The notes beneath the pieces are model-generated. The model worked only from the letters and a program-made list of their open reading frames with translations, ran no database searches and was not told the origin of the DNA. From Carcharhinus longimanus (taxonomy: Eukaryota), in assembly GCA_030264375.1 (NCBI GenBank), contig JASCQW010000162.1:60200445-60264444 (forward strand): DNA of 64,000 bases, given 5' to 3'. Shown one piece after another: positions 1 through 12,046 of the stretch; the first letter of the stretch is position 1, and each line of letters starts with the position of its first letter. The position numbers and the translations under genes were made by a program.

Positions 1-339
1 ACTACGGCCGTCCCATTCCTGCACGCCGCACTTATTTGCGCGTTAACAGCCCGCCCCACCTCCAGATCATTATTCGGTCCTTATTTAGGTCCTTGTTCAG
101 TGTTAAAACAAGGCTGGAAAAAAAAGACCTCTGGGACCACCCCTCCCCCTGCTGGCCGCTTCCTCTCCCCCCACCGCTGGCCGCTGCCCCCCACCCCTGC
201 TCGCCACCTCTCCCCTGCTCGCCAACTCTAGCGCTGACTGCTTCTGTCTGTTCGCCACCCTTGTCGTACTCACCACTTCTCTCCCCAGTTCTATCTCAGT
301 GCTCCTCCACTCGCTGCAACCTCATTCATTAGGCTAGCA

Positions 340-1130
340 TCTCAGAATATTGAAAGAGGTAGGAGACAAAATGCCACTAGCCATAATGTTAGCAGAATCT
401 TTGGAAGTAGGAATTATGCCAAAGGATTGGAAGGTAGGGTGTGTCCATGAAAGATGAACAAGACAAACCAGGAAATTATAGGCTGGAAAGTCTTATCTCA
501 GTTGTTTGTAAACATTTAGAATACAGGATAAAGTTAGTGGAAAAGCAGTTGGAAAAGCTTGGCTGATTCACAGGGTCAAAGCTGAGATTTCTTTTGTTTT
601 CCACATACAGAATGACAAGAATTTGGGTATAAATGCAAAAGGAATAGAGGATCAAAGTTTGGTGATGATTTCAAAGTCATCGGAGAAGCAAACTGTGAGG
701 AAGGGGGAGGAGGACAACAGGTTAACAGATAGATGATGGATGCAGTTCAATATGAGTACAAACAGTAAAAGGGAATGTACCCTGAATCATATAATTCTTA
801 TTGAAGTGGAGAAAAAGATTGAGGAATGCACTGATCAAAATGTATTGAAACACATAGAGAGGTTACAGGTTTTGCACAGGGCATTGAATCTGACAGTGTG
901 GAAGTTAATTTGTTGATTGAGTCACAATCAGGTAATAGATGCACTTCTGCACCTCATCAGAGGGGTGATATTTGAGTTATGGGAATGATAGAGCAATTAT
1001 ACCATCCTAGAGTGATACTAGGAATGAGAAACTTGTTCTGAAGTAAGGGTTTATAAAAAAGAGGCTTCTTTTTTGGAGCAATGAAGGTTAAGGGTGAGTC
1101 TAATCGAGATTTTCAAACTGTGAAAGATTA
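340..1130 (+). mobile_element. Highly degenerate CR1 LINE (RT region)
   Basis: Remnants such as gattggaaggtag, ccaggaaattataggc, aggttaagggtgagtctaatcgagattttcaa. Confidence 0.6.
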
Positions 1131-1149
1131 CACTGATTGGTAAGTTGGT

Positions 1150-1870
1150 TACAAGCTACAATTTGTATTTATATCTCACCTTTAATGGAATGAAACATCA
1201 CAAGGCATTTCAAAGAGGCTTTATAAAACAAAATATGACACCAAGCCACATAAGGAAATTTAGGGCAGTTGACCAAAAACTTGGCCAAAGAAGCAGGTTT
1301 TAACAACTGTCTTCAAGGAGCAAAGTGAGGCAGAGAGGTTTAGGAAGGGAGTCAATGGCTTGGAGGCCAGGCAGTTGAAAGCACAGCTGTCAAGAATACA
1401 GTGATGCGAAACGGTTGATCAAGAGACTGGGAAAAGAGGAGCGCAAATATCTCAAAGGGTTGTAGGACCAGAGGAGATTCCAGAAATAGGGAGGGGCCAG
1501 GTAATGGAAGAAGTTGAAAAAGGATGAGAATTTTAAAATTGAGGTGTTGTTTAACCGGGAGCCAGTGTAGTTTAACGAACACAAGGGTAATGGTATGCGT
1601 TAGGACACAGGCAACAGAACTTGGATGATCTCGTGCTTTGAAAGTGTAGAATGTGGGAGATCAGGCAGGAATGTGTCAAGTCTGGAGACAATAAAGTTAT
1701 AGATGAGACTTTCACCAGCACAAGAGCTGCAGCATGGGTAGAGAAAGCAATTGTTATTGAGGTAAAAATAGGTGGTTTTGGTAATAGTGCAGCTATGTGG
1801 TTAAAAGGTCATGTCAGGGTCAGATGTTCGAACCATCTGGTTCAGTTGCCAGAGGGAGGGCATGGTCAGA
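1150..1870 (-). mobile_element. L2-type LINE 3' fragment
   Basis: Minus ORF LHWLPVKQHLNFKILI is typical of the L2 ORF2 C-terminus; L2-like tail at ~1160-1330. Confidence 0.75.
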
Positions 1871-2107
1871 AAATAACAAATGATTATGAATGTGGATGAT
1901 GATTAGAAGGGCAAGGGGAGAAATTATAAGATTTTTTTCATGGACTGTTATTTAAACATGGAATATTGGAAAGGATCCATAGCACCTTTCAGGACTTGAG
2001 AATCTCCCTAAGTGCTTTGCATCCAATGAGTTGCTATTGAATGCTTTATCGCAAGCAGCTATTGAACTAGAGGCTATAACATTTGAAAGAAGATTGGCTA
2101 TGTATTT

Positions 2108-2819
2108 GAAATAAATATGAAAGGGTATGAAGAAAGACTAGCTAAATTATATTGAATCATTTGAAAATCTCAGACTTTTCAGCACATTAGAAAGTAAAAT
2201 TAGCACCAAGGACGACTCTCCTTGAGGAAATAAAGCAGGTGAAACAAGTTATTGTATCAGTCTGCAGGGGAAAGTAAAAGTACTTCAATATGGCATCTTA
2301 ACAAATGCTTGGGCTATCCCAAGGCACTTTATATTCATTTTTCACATGAATCTAGTGTTACTATATAGGCAAATTTGGCAGATCCCACAAATGTACTTTG
2401 AGGCAAAGAAAGAGTTGACTTTTTTTGTGATGTTAGCCAGGCTCTTCTGCAAGTAGTACATGGGATTTGTGCACTTGCACCTAAACAGGGAGTCAGGACC
2501 TCTGTTTAATGTTTGATCCGAAAATTGACACAAATGCAGGTTTTACAGTCACCATAGGCTATAATCCAACTGGTCAGTGGTTCTCTGATACAACCTTCAG
2601 CACTGGACTATGCAGTTGGATTATGCTATTGGAGGACTTAAAGGCAAAACTTTACTTTCTAATGTGCTGAGAAGTCTGTGATTTTCTATTGATTTGATGT
2701 AATTTAGCTAGTCTTTCTTCATTCCCTTTCATATTTATTTCACAGTTTTACAGTCACCATAGACTGTAATCCAATTGGTCAGTGGTTCTCTGATACAACC
2801 TTCAGTATTGAACTATGCA
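2108..2819. repeat. 91-bp inverted duplication (2108-2198 / 2651-2741) interleaved with a 75-bp direct duplication (2540-2614 / 2745-2819)
   Basis: Manual alignment: 83/91 and 69/75 identical. Confidence 0.9.
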
Positions 2820-2857
2820 ACCCAGCTTCTGAAGCAAAATAAAATCAATTCTCCATG

Positions 2858-3225
2858 GGAACTGGGGCGTATAGTGGTTTAGACACTTGCCTTTCACCTC
2901 TGAAGCCCAGATTTCCATTCAGCCGGAAAGATGGCAGTAAAACTTCCTGTGTCTGCTGGCTTTCCATATCTGATTTAAATTAGCTTAAGAGTCTTGGTTC
3001 GCACAAGGCTGCAGAAATTAATCCTTAGTTGATGCTAACTAATTGGCATCTGACTCAGAAGTCACAGGATGGCTATTGGGTAGTGGTAAAATGTGATAAA
3101 AAATTCTCAAGTAAAAGGTGGCCTTTTCAAGGTTGGACTGCAGGATGTGGTAACAGAGAAGAGGAGTTTCACTCTGGCTTTGCAGCATGCTGGTCTACCT
3201 CATGCTGATAAAGGGAAAGAGGTCC
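2858..3225 (+). mobile_element. LF-SINE-like ancient tRNA-derived SINE
   Basis: Colinear motifs gcctttcacctct, ctaattggca, aggtggccttttcaagg, catgctg resemble the LF-SINE consensus as I recall it. Confidence 0.55.
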
Positions 3226-3284
3226 ATTTCCCAGCACTATTTTTGCCTTGTGCTCATTTTTTTCGTCTTTAAGGGGAGCAAAAG

Positions 3285-3425
3285 ACTGAAATATAGTGAT
3301 AAAAACAGAAAAATCTGGAAATACTCAGCTGGTCAGACAGCATCTGTAGAAAGAGAAACAGTGTTAATATTTCAGGCTGATGGTCTGTCAACAGAACTGG
3401 AAAAAGTTAGAGATGTAATAGGTTT
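3285..3425. mobile_element. Penelope-derived terminal fragment (similar copies ~13610-13710 and 46165-46290)
   Basis: ctggaaatactcagctggtcagacagcatctgtagaaagagaaacag motif shared with the 26696 element. Confidence 0.6.
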
Positions 3426-5093
3426 TGAGCAAGGAATGGATGCAGCAAGGGCAAAGTCTGCATTCGGGTGGAAAATAGTATTTCCAGCATCCATAGCGTT
3501 ATCTTTTACTACCAAAATCTAGAACTTGTTTAGTCAATGCAAGTATGCGGGCACCATCTTCTGTAATGACTCTCACAATCATTGTTGCCTACACAAGGGA
3601 CCTTGAGTTGTCGCATTTATTTTGAACTGATAATGTGCATTTGTGAAAAACAGTTATACCATGTTTTCTGTGTTACTCAGAACAACATAGAAAAAAATGT
3701 ATGCCAAGAAACCTAACTTTGCTCAATTGCTTCAAGCCATTCAGAGGATTACGCTAAACCAGTTTGTTTCATTTCAACTTTGCTTTGAATTAAAGATTGA
3801 GTAAAGGATATGCTAAGAAAGTTGATGGATGGGGTTGGCCTGTTATAAAAATGGGCTTAACAATCTTTTCCGTTTTTAAAATATCCTGCATTTCTCTCTG
3901 TTGGATAGCATGTACGGTTTCAACCTGTCATAAATTAGAAGAATGACAGATTAAGATTAACATTTTGGCATCCAGTGTTATCTGCACAGATGGAACCCAG
4001 CTGAGCGCAGAGAAAACAGAATCTTGCTCTTCTGTAACAATCTATTTTCACTGACAGAATACTGCACAAAATTAAAAACTTCAACCCAGTGCCTCCTTTG
4101 AATCAGACGCAGAAGATTGCTTTCTGGGTCTGGATATGACCAAGGTCCCTGGCTTCCTCCTACCTGCAGCCCAACTGTGCATTCTATTGAAGGACAATCT
4201 CTTCCCTCACTGCCCACCCACCCCCTGCTAATAAGGCATTGCGGATAAATTGTAAAGAAGATATGAAGAATTTTGAGACTCTCCTCTTCCAACCAATAAT
4301 GTTTGTGCTCACCCTGAGTTATATATTGGATGGGGTCATCTTATATTATTCTTGCGGTAGCTCCATTTAAGCATATCTGGATACACGGTGCTGGCACATT
4401 CCAGCTGAATGCTTATTTTGATGTCCTTCAAAGCAGATACCATCTTAGCCAGACTGAAACTTTCTATACATACCAAAAATCCTCTCTTACCATTGAAAAG
4501 ACTACATTCCCATCAGCATTCTATATATAGATAAAAATAGCAGCCCGCAGAGTTAAGTATTTTGCTTAATTTAGAAAATGTGGACCTACATCAAAAACTC
4601 GGCTGTATTAACTTTTTCAATGAATATAAAAAGGCAGAAATAGTGACTAGCTGAACAGGCAAATCCCTTGGTCTGTTGGAAGAAGAGTGAACCATTTTAT
4701 TGTGTGCAGAACTCCAGTGTGATGCAATGCAGGCACTTCCTAGGAGGTTGTGGACAGGAAGGATGGTGAAGGTAGCTGATCTCCAGAGTTGCAAGGAAAG
4801 CTGCTAGTTTATAATAATTGGTGTCTACTTTGGTCTACCAGGGATCCAGTGTAAATCCTCTCAACCGCTTCTACAATTAAAATTGGGAAACCTGGAGGAA
4901 ACTGGTGTTCAGGGCTCAGCTATTTCATAACGCTCAATTAGCAGAGTCATACTTAAGACTTCTGGCAGAGAAGGAGATTTATTGCCAACAGTCTGTTTAA
5001 AGAAATGCTGTCTGTTAGGCCCCCTCACAATTAAGTCTATGTACTGTTAAGGTATTTGGTATTTTTCTTTTTAAGTTCTTTGTATAGTCATCA

Positions 5094-5136
5094 CATATTC
5101 CTAATGAAATCATAGGATGATTTCATTAGGAATATG
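5094..5136. repeat. Perfect hairpin, 20-bp arms with a 3-nt loop
   Basis: catattcctaatgaaatcat-agg-atgatttcattaggaatatg. Confidence 0.95.
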
Positions 5137-7940
5137 CAGCTTGGAATGATGGATTGGAATTACATGCAAGACTCAGGCTATTTGCCAAAATTGGTATAAA
5201 TGTTCACTCAATAATGTTGCATTATCTTGTTGTCTATATCAAAAGAGAACTCATTCCAACATGTAGCACTCAGTTCCCTGTATAACTCAGATGTATATCT
5301 TCTGTAAATGCCATAGTTAGGTACGTAAGTGGTTGCAGTAAATGTAGAATCTTACACCAGAATGTAGGAGAGGACCTTCCTGTTCTATACCGTAAAACTG
5401 TTGTAAGTAATTTGTAAATCATCTGGAAATTTCACTGAAATTTCAGGTAATGCTGTCTGCACAGCAGCCATAATATCAAGCCAGCTCCCTCATATTGTCA
5501 AGCTCAGTAACTCCTTCCATTCAGTGCTCTGTGTTCCAGCTACCGTTTCTCTGAGGATTCCACTGCCAAAGTTACAGTGGCCGATCAGAACCACCTGCAG
5601 AGATTCTGAATTTTTAAACCATATGATATTAATCTGTAGAACATAGCACAAGAAAAAAAATGTATTGGTAGACAGATTAGTGAAACCATAAATAAGACAA
5701 ATAAGATGTTGGGATATATAGTTCATCAGATAAAGCAGAAATCACAGGAAATGATACGGAGTCTACTCAGGGATTCGGTTACCTGCATCTAAAGACAACT
5801 GATCACCATATTTGCAAGACGGACATGAGAATACTGGAAAAGGTTCTCTAAAGGGCTACTTATTTGATACCTGGTACTGGACAGCTGAGCTACAAGAGAG
5901 ACTACAGAACTGAGAGTTTACTTCTAATAAAGAAGATTCAGAGATGGTTTATAAGGGTTTTCTGGATCCTTAAAGATATCAACAAGTTGACTCCTGAGAA
6001 TCAGCTTACCGCAGAGTTGCAGGAAGGGAAGTGAACGGGACAGAACAGATAAAACTGTTACGCAGGGCAGGTGGCGAATATTCAGGATAGTCTGCACAGG
6101 GCTGTGATTGAAGCTGATAACAACAGTGATCTGAACAAGGAGTTGGAATATTAGGTAGAGAACTTCATCTTCTTTGTTTTGAATTACAGGGCCAGTGAGA
6201 TGAACCAAAATAGCTCTTTCGGAAACTGTACGTTCCTGTGTTTCTATGAAAAATGTAGCCTTGCCAGTTGATCGGGTGTGAAGCAGTAAGGTCAACTCAG
6301 TGCCAAAGAAGAAAGCTGAGTTTGTGTCATTTCAGGACAATAGTTTGTTCACAATTAGAATATTACGTTCAGAACCAAGCATCCCTGTAGAGAAAGAACA
6401 TTAAAACACAAAGACTGTTCAGCAAAAATTAACTAGGATAATGCCAGAGATGGGCAGCTTTAATTCAGGAGAAACTTGTGATACTGGGACTGTTTATATT
6501 GATTCACACAGGGCAAAGAGGAAATTTGACAGGGGTTTAAAGTTATGAAAAGTTTTGATAAGTGACAAAAGATCATTGATTTAAAATTGTCAGAAAGAGC
6601 ACAGAGAGAGGTGGAAGAAATTTTCTTTCACATTTTCTCCTTCGATCATGCCATTGAAAATGGTTGACAGTAACAACTGCAACTTTTAAGGAAAACCACA
6701 AAAATATTTGAAACATGGGAAGGCTATGGCTAGAGTGCCAGTAGGTTTAGTTTGGATTTGCTCTAGCAGAGCAGTGGAACAGAAGTGATTGGCTTAATGA
6801 TCTTGTGTGCTGTAAAGTCCGTTTATCTGGTTCAGCTTGAGGAGGTTGATAGAGCTGGACCTTATCTGAAGTGCTGTGAGAACAAACCAGGATAATTTTT
6901 CTTATATGGAGCTAAAGAAAATTAAGGTCTGTCCAAATCTTCATGTCAGACAGCACAGATATGGTGTCCATTGGTGGAGGAGGGGAAAATTGGATGTATG
7001 AAAACTGACCATATGCTTGCACATAATCTCTTCATAGGGATAGCATATAGAATTGCAGAATGACCTAGCAGGCAAAGAAACCATTAGCCTATCACATATG
7101 TGTCAAACCTTTAAAATTATCCAACTGACTCCAGTCTGCTATGGTTTAAAAACATCATTAATTTCTCAACACATTACCATCATCCTCTTGAGATTATGAA
7201 GAGCACGATAGAATTAAAAAAACTTTGATAAGAAACAATTTTTGTTGATATAATTGGTGTCACTGTCTTTGGGCTGGGTAGGGGGCAATCAGCCAAGATT
7301 GCCCCAATTACCCTGTAATTTGTTTTGCCTCCAATTATTTACTCAATTCTGTTACAAGTGATGGCTAAGTGAATCGAGGATAGAACAGTGGGCATGTTAT
7401 GGGATCTAATGGCATTGGAAGTTACAGATAGTTCTATGGCTTGGTAGGTATAGATGTGATCAGCGCAACTTGTGGGCCGAAGGGCCTGTTTGAGCTGTAG
7501 TGTTCTATGTTCTATGTGCTGGTTATGGTGTATTAGCCATACTAAATTCTCCCCCAGTGTACCTGAACAGGTGCTGGAGTGTGGCAACTCAGGGATTTTC
7601 ACAGTAACTTCATTGCAGTGTTAATGTAAGCCTATTTGTGACACCAATAAATAAACTAAGGAAAAAATATCCTTGCTAGGCACTAGGGTTTTAAAATCAA
7701 CACTTTTAGAGAGAAAAGCAGGATTCTCCTGAAGTTTTGGCCTTCCTCAATCAACACCACCAAATCTGATTCAGTAATGATTTTCTCTTTTGTTCTTTGT
7801 TGGACTTTATTGGGCGCACATTTGCTGTTGTGGTTGAATATGTAACAGTACTGACTATACTACAAACATCATTTATTGCCTGTGAGGCACCTTGCAATAA
7901 TGCAAAAAACACGAAAGGTGCAAAGTAAATTTCTTCGTTT

Positions 7941-8064
7941 GCCACAACTACCCAGAGTCATTGTCCTTTCTGAGACACACTGGATGGGCCACAATTAGAA
8001 GTGTCACAACACAAGAGGCCTGGGCCACAGTTACCCAGAGTCATTGTCCTTTGAGACACACTGG
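7941..8064. repeat. Local direct duplication of ~42 bp
   Basis: gccaca..tacccagagtcattgtcctt..tgagacacactgg occurs twice. Confidence 0.85.
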
Positions 8065-8169
8065 GCTAAATGGCCATCTCCTGTGTTGTAAATGACTCTT
8101 CACACAAAAAAACCCCAAAAATATTCAGAGTAATTTGTTGGATGTGGTGCATTTATGGACATCATCAAA

Positions 8170-8390
8170 TGTAAAATCACCACTCTACTTGCGCCCCCCA
8201 AAACGGGCATGTTCTCTGGCAGTGGAGGCGGCTCACTATTGGTTGCTGGCAGGATCTTCCTGTCCCGTTGATATCTACAGCGTCACCCACCCTGCCACCA
8301 GGGAACCCCTCTGTGTGGGGAAGGGGGAGTAGTGGGGGGGTTCCCTTTGGCAGGACTGGAGGATCCCGCCATTAGGAGTAGAAATTTCTC
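8170..8390. mobile_element. GC-rich MITE-like element with internal inverted repeats
   Basis: tggcaggatcttcctgtccc pairs imperfectly with ggcaggactggaggatcccgcca. Confidence 0.5.
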
Positions 8391-8667
8391 TTGGGAGATG
8401 CCACAAAGTTTGGATTAGCCACCATTGCAGCCAGTGGAAATGAATATCAGGTATTGTGTAGAAAGGGAGATTGATTTCATACCACACATTTTGTGTTACC
8501 TCCTGAGATGTATCAAAGTCTTATGAATTATGTTAAGGTTTAATTGCAATCACATTTTTAAATAGGTCAAGGATACTTGTACACCAATAAATAGGGATAG
8601 AAGGGGCTGGCCCTTCAATTTGTCTTACCTTCTTCCAGATTTGTTAATTATGCTTAACGGAGTAGTT

Positions 8668-8966
8668 AAGTTAAAGTTTATTTGTTAGTGTCACAAATAA
8701 GCTTACATTAACACTGCAATGAAGTTTCTGTGAAAATCCTCTAATCGCCACACTCCAGGGCCTGTTCGAGTACACAGAGAGAATTTAGCATGGCCAAGGC
8801 ACCTAACTAGCACATCTTTCAGACCACGGGAGGAAACCGGGGCACCTGGAAGAAACCCACGCAGACACGGGAAGAATGTGCAGACTCCGCACAGACATTG
8901 ACCCAAGATAGGAATTGAACCCGGGTCCTTAGCGCCGTGAGGCAGCAGAGCTAACCACTGTTCCAC
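8668..8966 (-). mobile_element. HE1-family (V-domain) tRNA-derived SINE
   Basis: Reverse complement shows A box cagtggttagc, B box gggttcaattcc, and V-domain gggtttcttccaggtgccccggtttcctccc. Confidence 0.9.
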
Positions 8967-9465
8967 TCTTCTAAGTACAAATGGGGATAGCTGGGACACT
9001 GGTTGTGTTGGAGTAGAACTGACTTTGAACTAAGTGAATAAACTCTTTTCCATAAAGAAAGCTATTGTCTAACTTTTAAACTGGTGCAGATCCAGTTAAC
9101 TAATTAATTTCTATCCGAGTTCTTATTCTAATCTTATCCTATCTATCCCGGATGACTTATCTCATTGATTCGATTCAGCTAGATTATCTAATTAATGAAA
9201 AGGTTCACCAGGAATGTAACAATGAGCAATACAGCTTGCATTGCAACTGGATACATAGGAGGTTCTTGCCTGTCTCCGGGCGAGTCACCTTGCTGGTGAT
9301 GAATGAAAATGAAAATAAATGGGACAAATGGCATACAGGAGGATGATCGTGCTCTACTTTAGCTGCGGACCTCCTGTCCTTTCTGCTCACAATTACCAAC
9401 CTACTTTTGACGCTTGATCATTTTATTCAGTTCTTGTTCTCAATTACAATGTCAAGTGCACTTAC

Positions 9466-9548
9466 AGCTTCCAAATTTAAGGGGGCAAGCATGGACATCC
9501 ATAGGAAAGTCTTCCAGTTGCATGGGGCATTCAGCAGAAATGGTCAAT
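9466..9548 (-). CDS. GABRA5: Isolated Cys-loop exon of a GABA-A receptor alpha subunit (closest to alpha5)
   Basis: Minus strand ctgttttacag|ATTGACC...GGAAGCT|gtaagt; 83 nt, phase 2/1; (R)[27 protein letters not shown] with the C-x13-C loop. The alpha family is clear; the paralog call is less certain because the V in MDVH is alpha3-like. Confidence 0.8.
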
Positions 9549-11935
9549 CTGTAAAACAGAACATACAACCCCAGTAATCTTCCATCCGCTCCAGAGATTT
9601 CTCGCAGTTGCATGATGAAGGTGACGGATGATAACATAACTCGGATGAATCACTCATTAGCATTCAATCAGGATTCAACTTATTCCTGATGAGCTGACCC
9701 TGTGCGCGATGTAAACTAACGTGGTTAATGCAGTAATTTCATATTAATACGTTGTTGTACCAAAGTTTCAGTGGGTTTTCATATAAATTATATAAGCTGT
9801 GATAAATGATAAATTAGGTTTTTTACAATGTGTTAGAGGGAGCTGTGCGAAAATGAGAAGCAAACGCTTTAATTAACTGAAGCTCCCCTTTATCAGCATC
9901 AAATTTATTGGGTCACGTTCATTATGGCTCCTCAGATTAACCATTTCAGGTTCATTCAGAAGCAAAACCGATTTTGTTTTTTATGTTGACTTCTTTCTGC
10001 GGTGAATGAATGTGGCCCTTTATAAATGTATGATCAAGTTAGGTCGACAGAATAAATATGGATANNNNNNNNNNNNNNNNNNNNNNNNNNNNNNNNNNNN
10101 NNNNNNNNNNNNNNNNNNNNNNNNNNNNNNNNNNNNNNNNNNNNNNNNNNNNNNNNNNNNNNNNTATGGCTTGGTAGGTATAGATGTGATCAGCGCAACT
10201 TGTGGGCCGAAGGGCCTGTTTGTGCTGTAGTGTTCTATGTTGCAGGTGATTGACAGGCATTGGAAGAGGAAATTTTTAAGAAGATGAAGTGACTAAATAG
10301 GCACTGATCAGAATGTAACCAGGAACGAGTAGTGTCATGATAGTGGAACAAAGGACTGATCAGGAGCTTTGAAAGTAATAAAGACGAGATTTGCCAGATG
10401 TGCAGGATATTGATGACTCAAGGCTGAGAAGTTAACATATTTTGTAATGCATATATAAAACACTATGGGCTTTCCCACTGATTCCCACTGGCTTCCCTGG
10501 TTTCCATCCACCCTCCAGTATCTCATTCAAGAGATTTCTCAACATACATTGTTGGCCATTAAGTAGAGTACTAGCAGCCTATTCAGTGCATAGAGCATCG
10601 CAACTGAGCCTAGCTCTGTTTCCATCAAAGTCCACACGTGCACTTCCCAGCAGGAATCATGAGATAATCAGGATCATAAAACCTGGCTGATTTCCCCCTA
10701 CCCACCTCAAAGACACTGAGGCCAATTATATCAACCAAACATGTTTCTTATCCAAGTTTTTAACCAGTTGCACTTCTTATCACCATTAGAGGATGATGGC
10801 AATGCATTGAAAAATCAATTATTTTTATAAACCACAGGCTTTAACTGCAGTATATATGCGCTGGTGGATCTGTCATATTACAGAATTTCCACAACATGAT
10901 CAGAACTTGAAACAAAAAGGGAGGTCACGCAACCAGCCATCAAACCTGGGTAGTGCTAACTTTTGAACTGCAGCTATCTACTTTAATCTCAATTTGCTGC
11001 ACCTCATGCCAGTCCTTCCACATTCTTCCTTTTCAAATACTTAAGTCAATTTCAAAGGTGTAATCTATCATTGCTATGGCTCACTCCTAAAGAGGTAGGG
11101 ATAAAAATGCACAGAAGTTAATGTTACTTTCATAAAGATTCTTATTTAGTCCACTCATGGTTTGCTGTGTGTAGCTCTGGTCACCGTATATTAAGAAACA
11201 AGAATATGGGGGCTGTGAAGGATGTGGTTATCAGAAAAGGCTGGGGCTCTTTTCTTTAGAAAAAGGAAGGCTGAACAGTGAGTGATCTGATGGAGGTTTT
11301 TAAGTTTATCAAAAGATTTAATAAGTTGTTTACCTAAAGAATGTGTAACATACTACAATATAGAATAATTGAGGGGAATAGAATAGATGCATTTAAGGAG
11401 AAACACATGAAGGAGCAAGAAATAGAATATTTGACAGGACTACCTGAGACAGGGTGGAAGGAGGCTTATGTGGAGCATAAATGCAGATTTGAAGCTTTTG
11501 GGTAAATAGTCTCTGTGTTCTTTGGACATTATATGACTACAATTGAATTGTGGGAAAATGCTCATCATTGTAATGCAACAAATTACATTTTTATAGCGCC
11601 ATTAATATTGTAGACACATCCCAAACTAATTCGTAGAAGTGATTATCAGATCAAATTTGACATTGAGCTACATTAGGAGGTATTAGGACTAATGATCAAA
11701 AACTTGATATAAGAGGCAGATTTAACAGTATGATTGTCTTAATAGTTATTCTGGTTAACATTTTTACTTCCTAAATTGTGGTTGGAAGAGAGGTTGGGGG
11801 GAATATACAGTATTCCTGTTCTATGTCCTGTGTTTCCATGTGTAAAGTTTCTATGTCTAAAGGTGTGCACTGTGCCTAAGTTCTGCTTCCATCTTCTGTG
11901 CCTTCAGTTCTAAATGGAGTTTTCATTCCCCACAG

Positions 11936-12046
11936 GCTATTATAAAAGAAGGTCTTCTGATGAAACAGACAAGTTCATTTCAACGTTGGAAGAAAAGATA
12001 TTTCAAGCTCCGGGGAAGGACATTGTATTATGCAAAGAATGCAAAG
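11936..12046 (+). CDS. DGKD: DGKD coding exon (PH domain N-half), probably exon 2
   Basis: cccacag|GCT...AAG|gtgatt; 111 nt, phase 0/0; [37 protein letters not shown], a type II DGK PH domain. Confidence 0.93.

Noticed and set aside
36-332. Pro-rich 98-aa ORF as a possible DGKD first exon
   Set aside because: Low-complexity degenerate repeat without an ATG start, the conserved KLIRKVSTSGQIR-type motif, or a matching donor; exon 1 probably lies upstream of the window
8900-8966. tRNA-like A/B boxes here and at other SINE heads
   Set aside because: These are SINE heads, not tRNA genes
9612-9689. C/D-box snoRNA-like arrangement (ATGATGA ... CTGA, 78 nt)
   Set aside because: Only a minimal terminal stem and no convincing rRNA/snRNA guide of 10 nt or more; such boxes arise by chance. 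snoscan or Infernal would be needed
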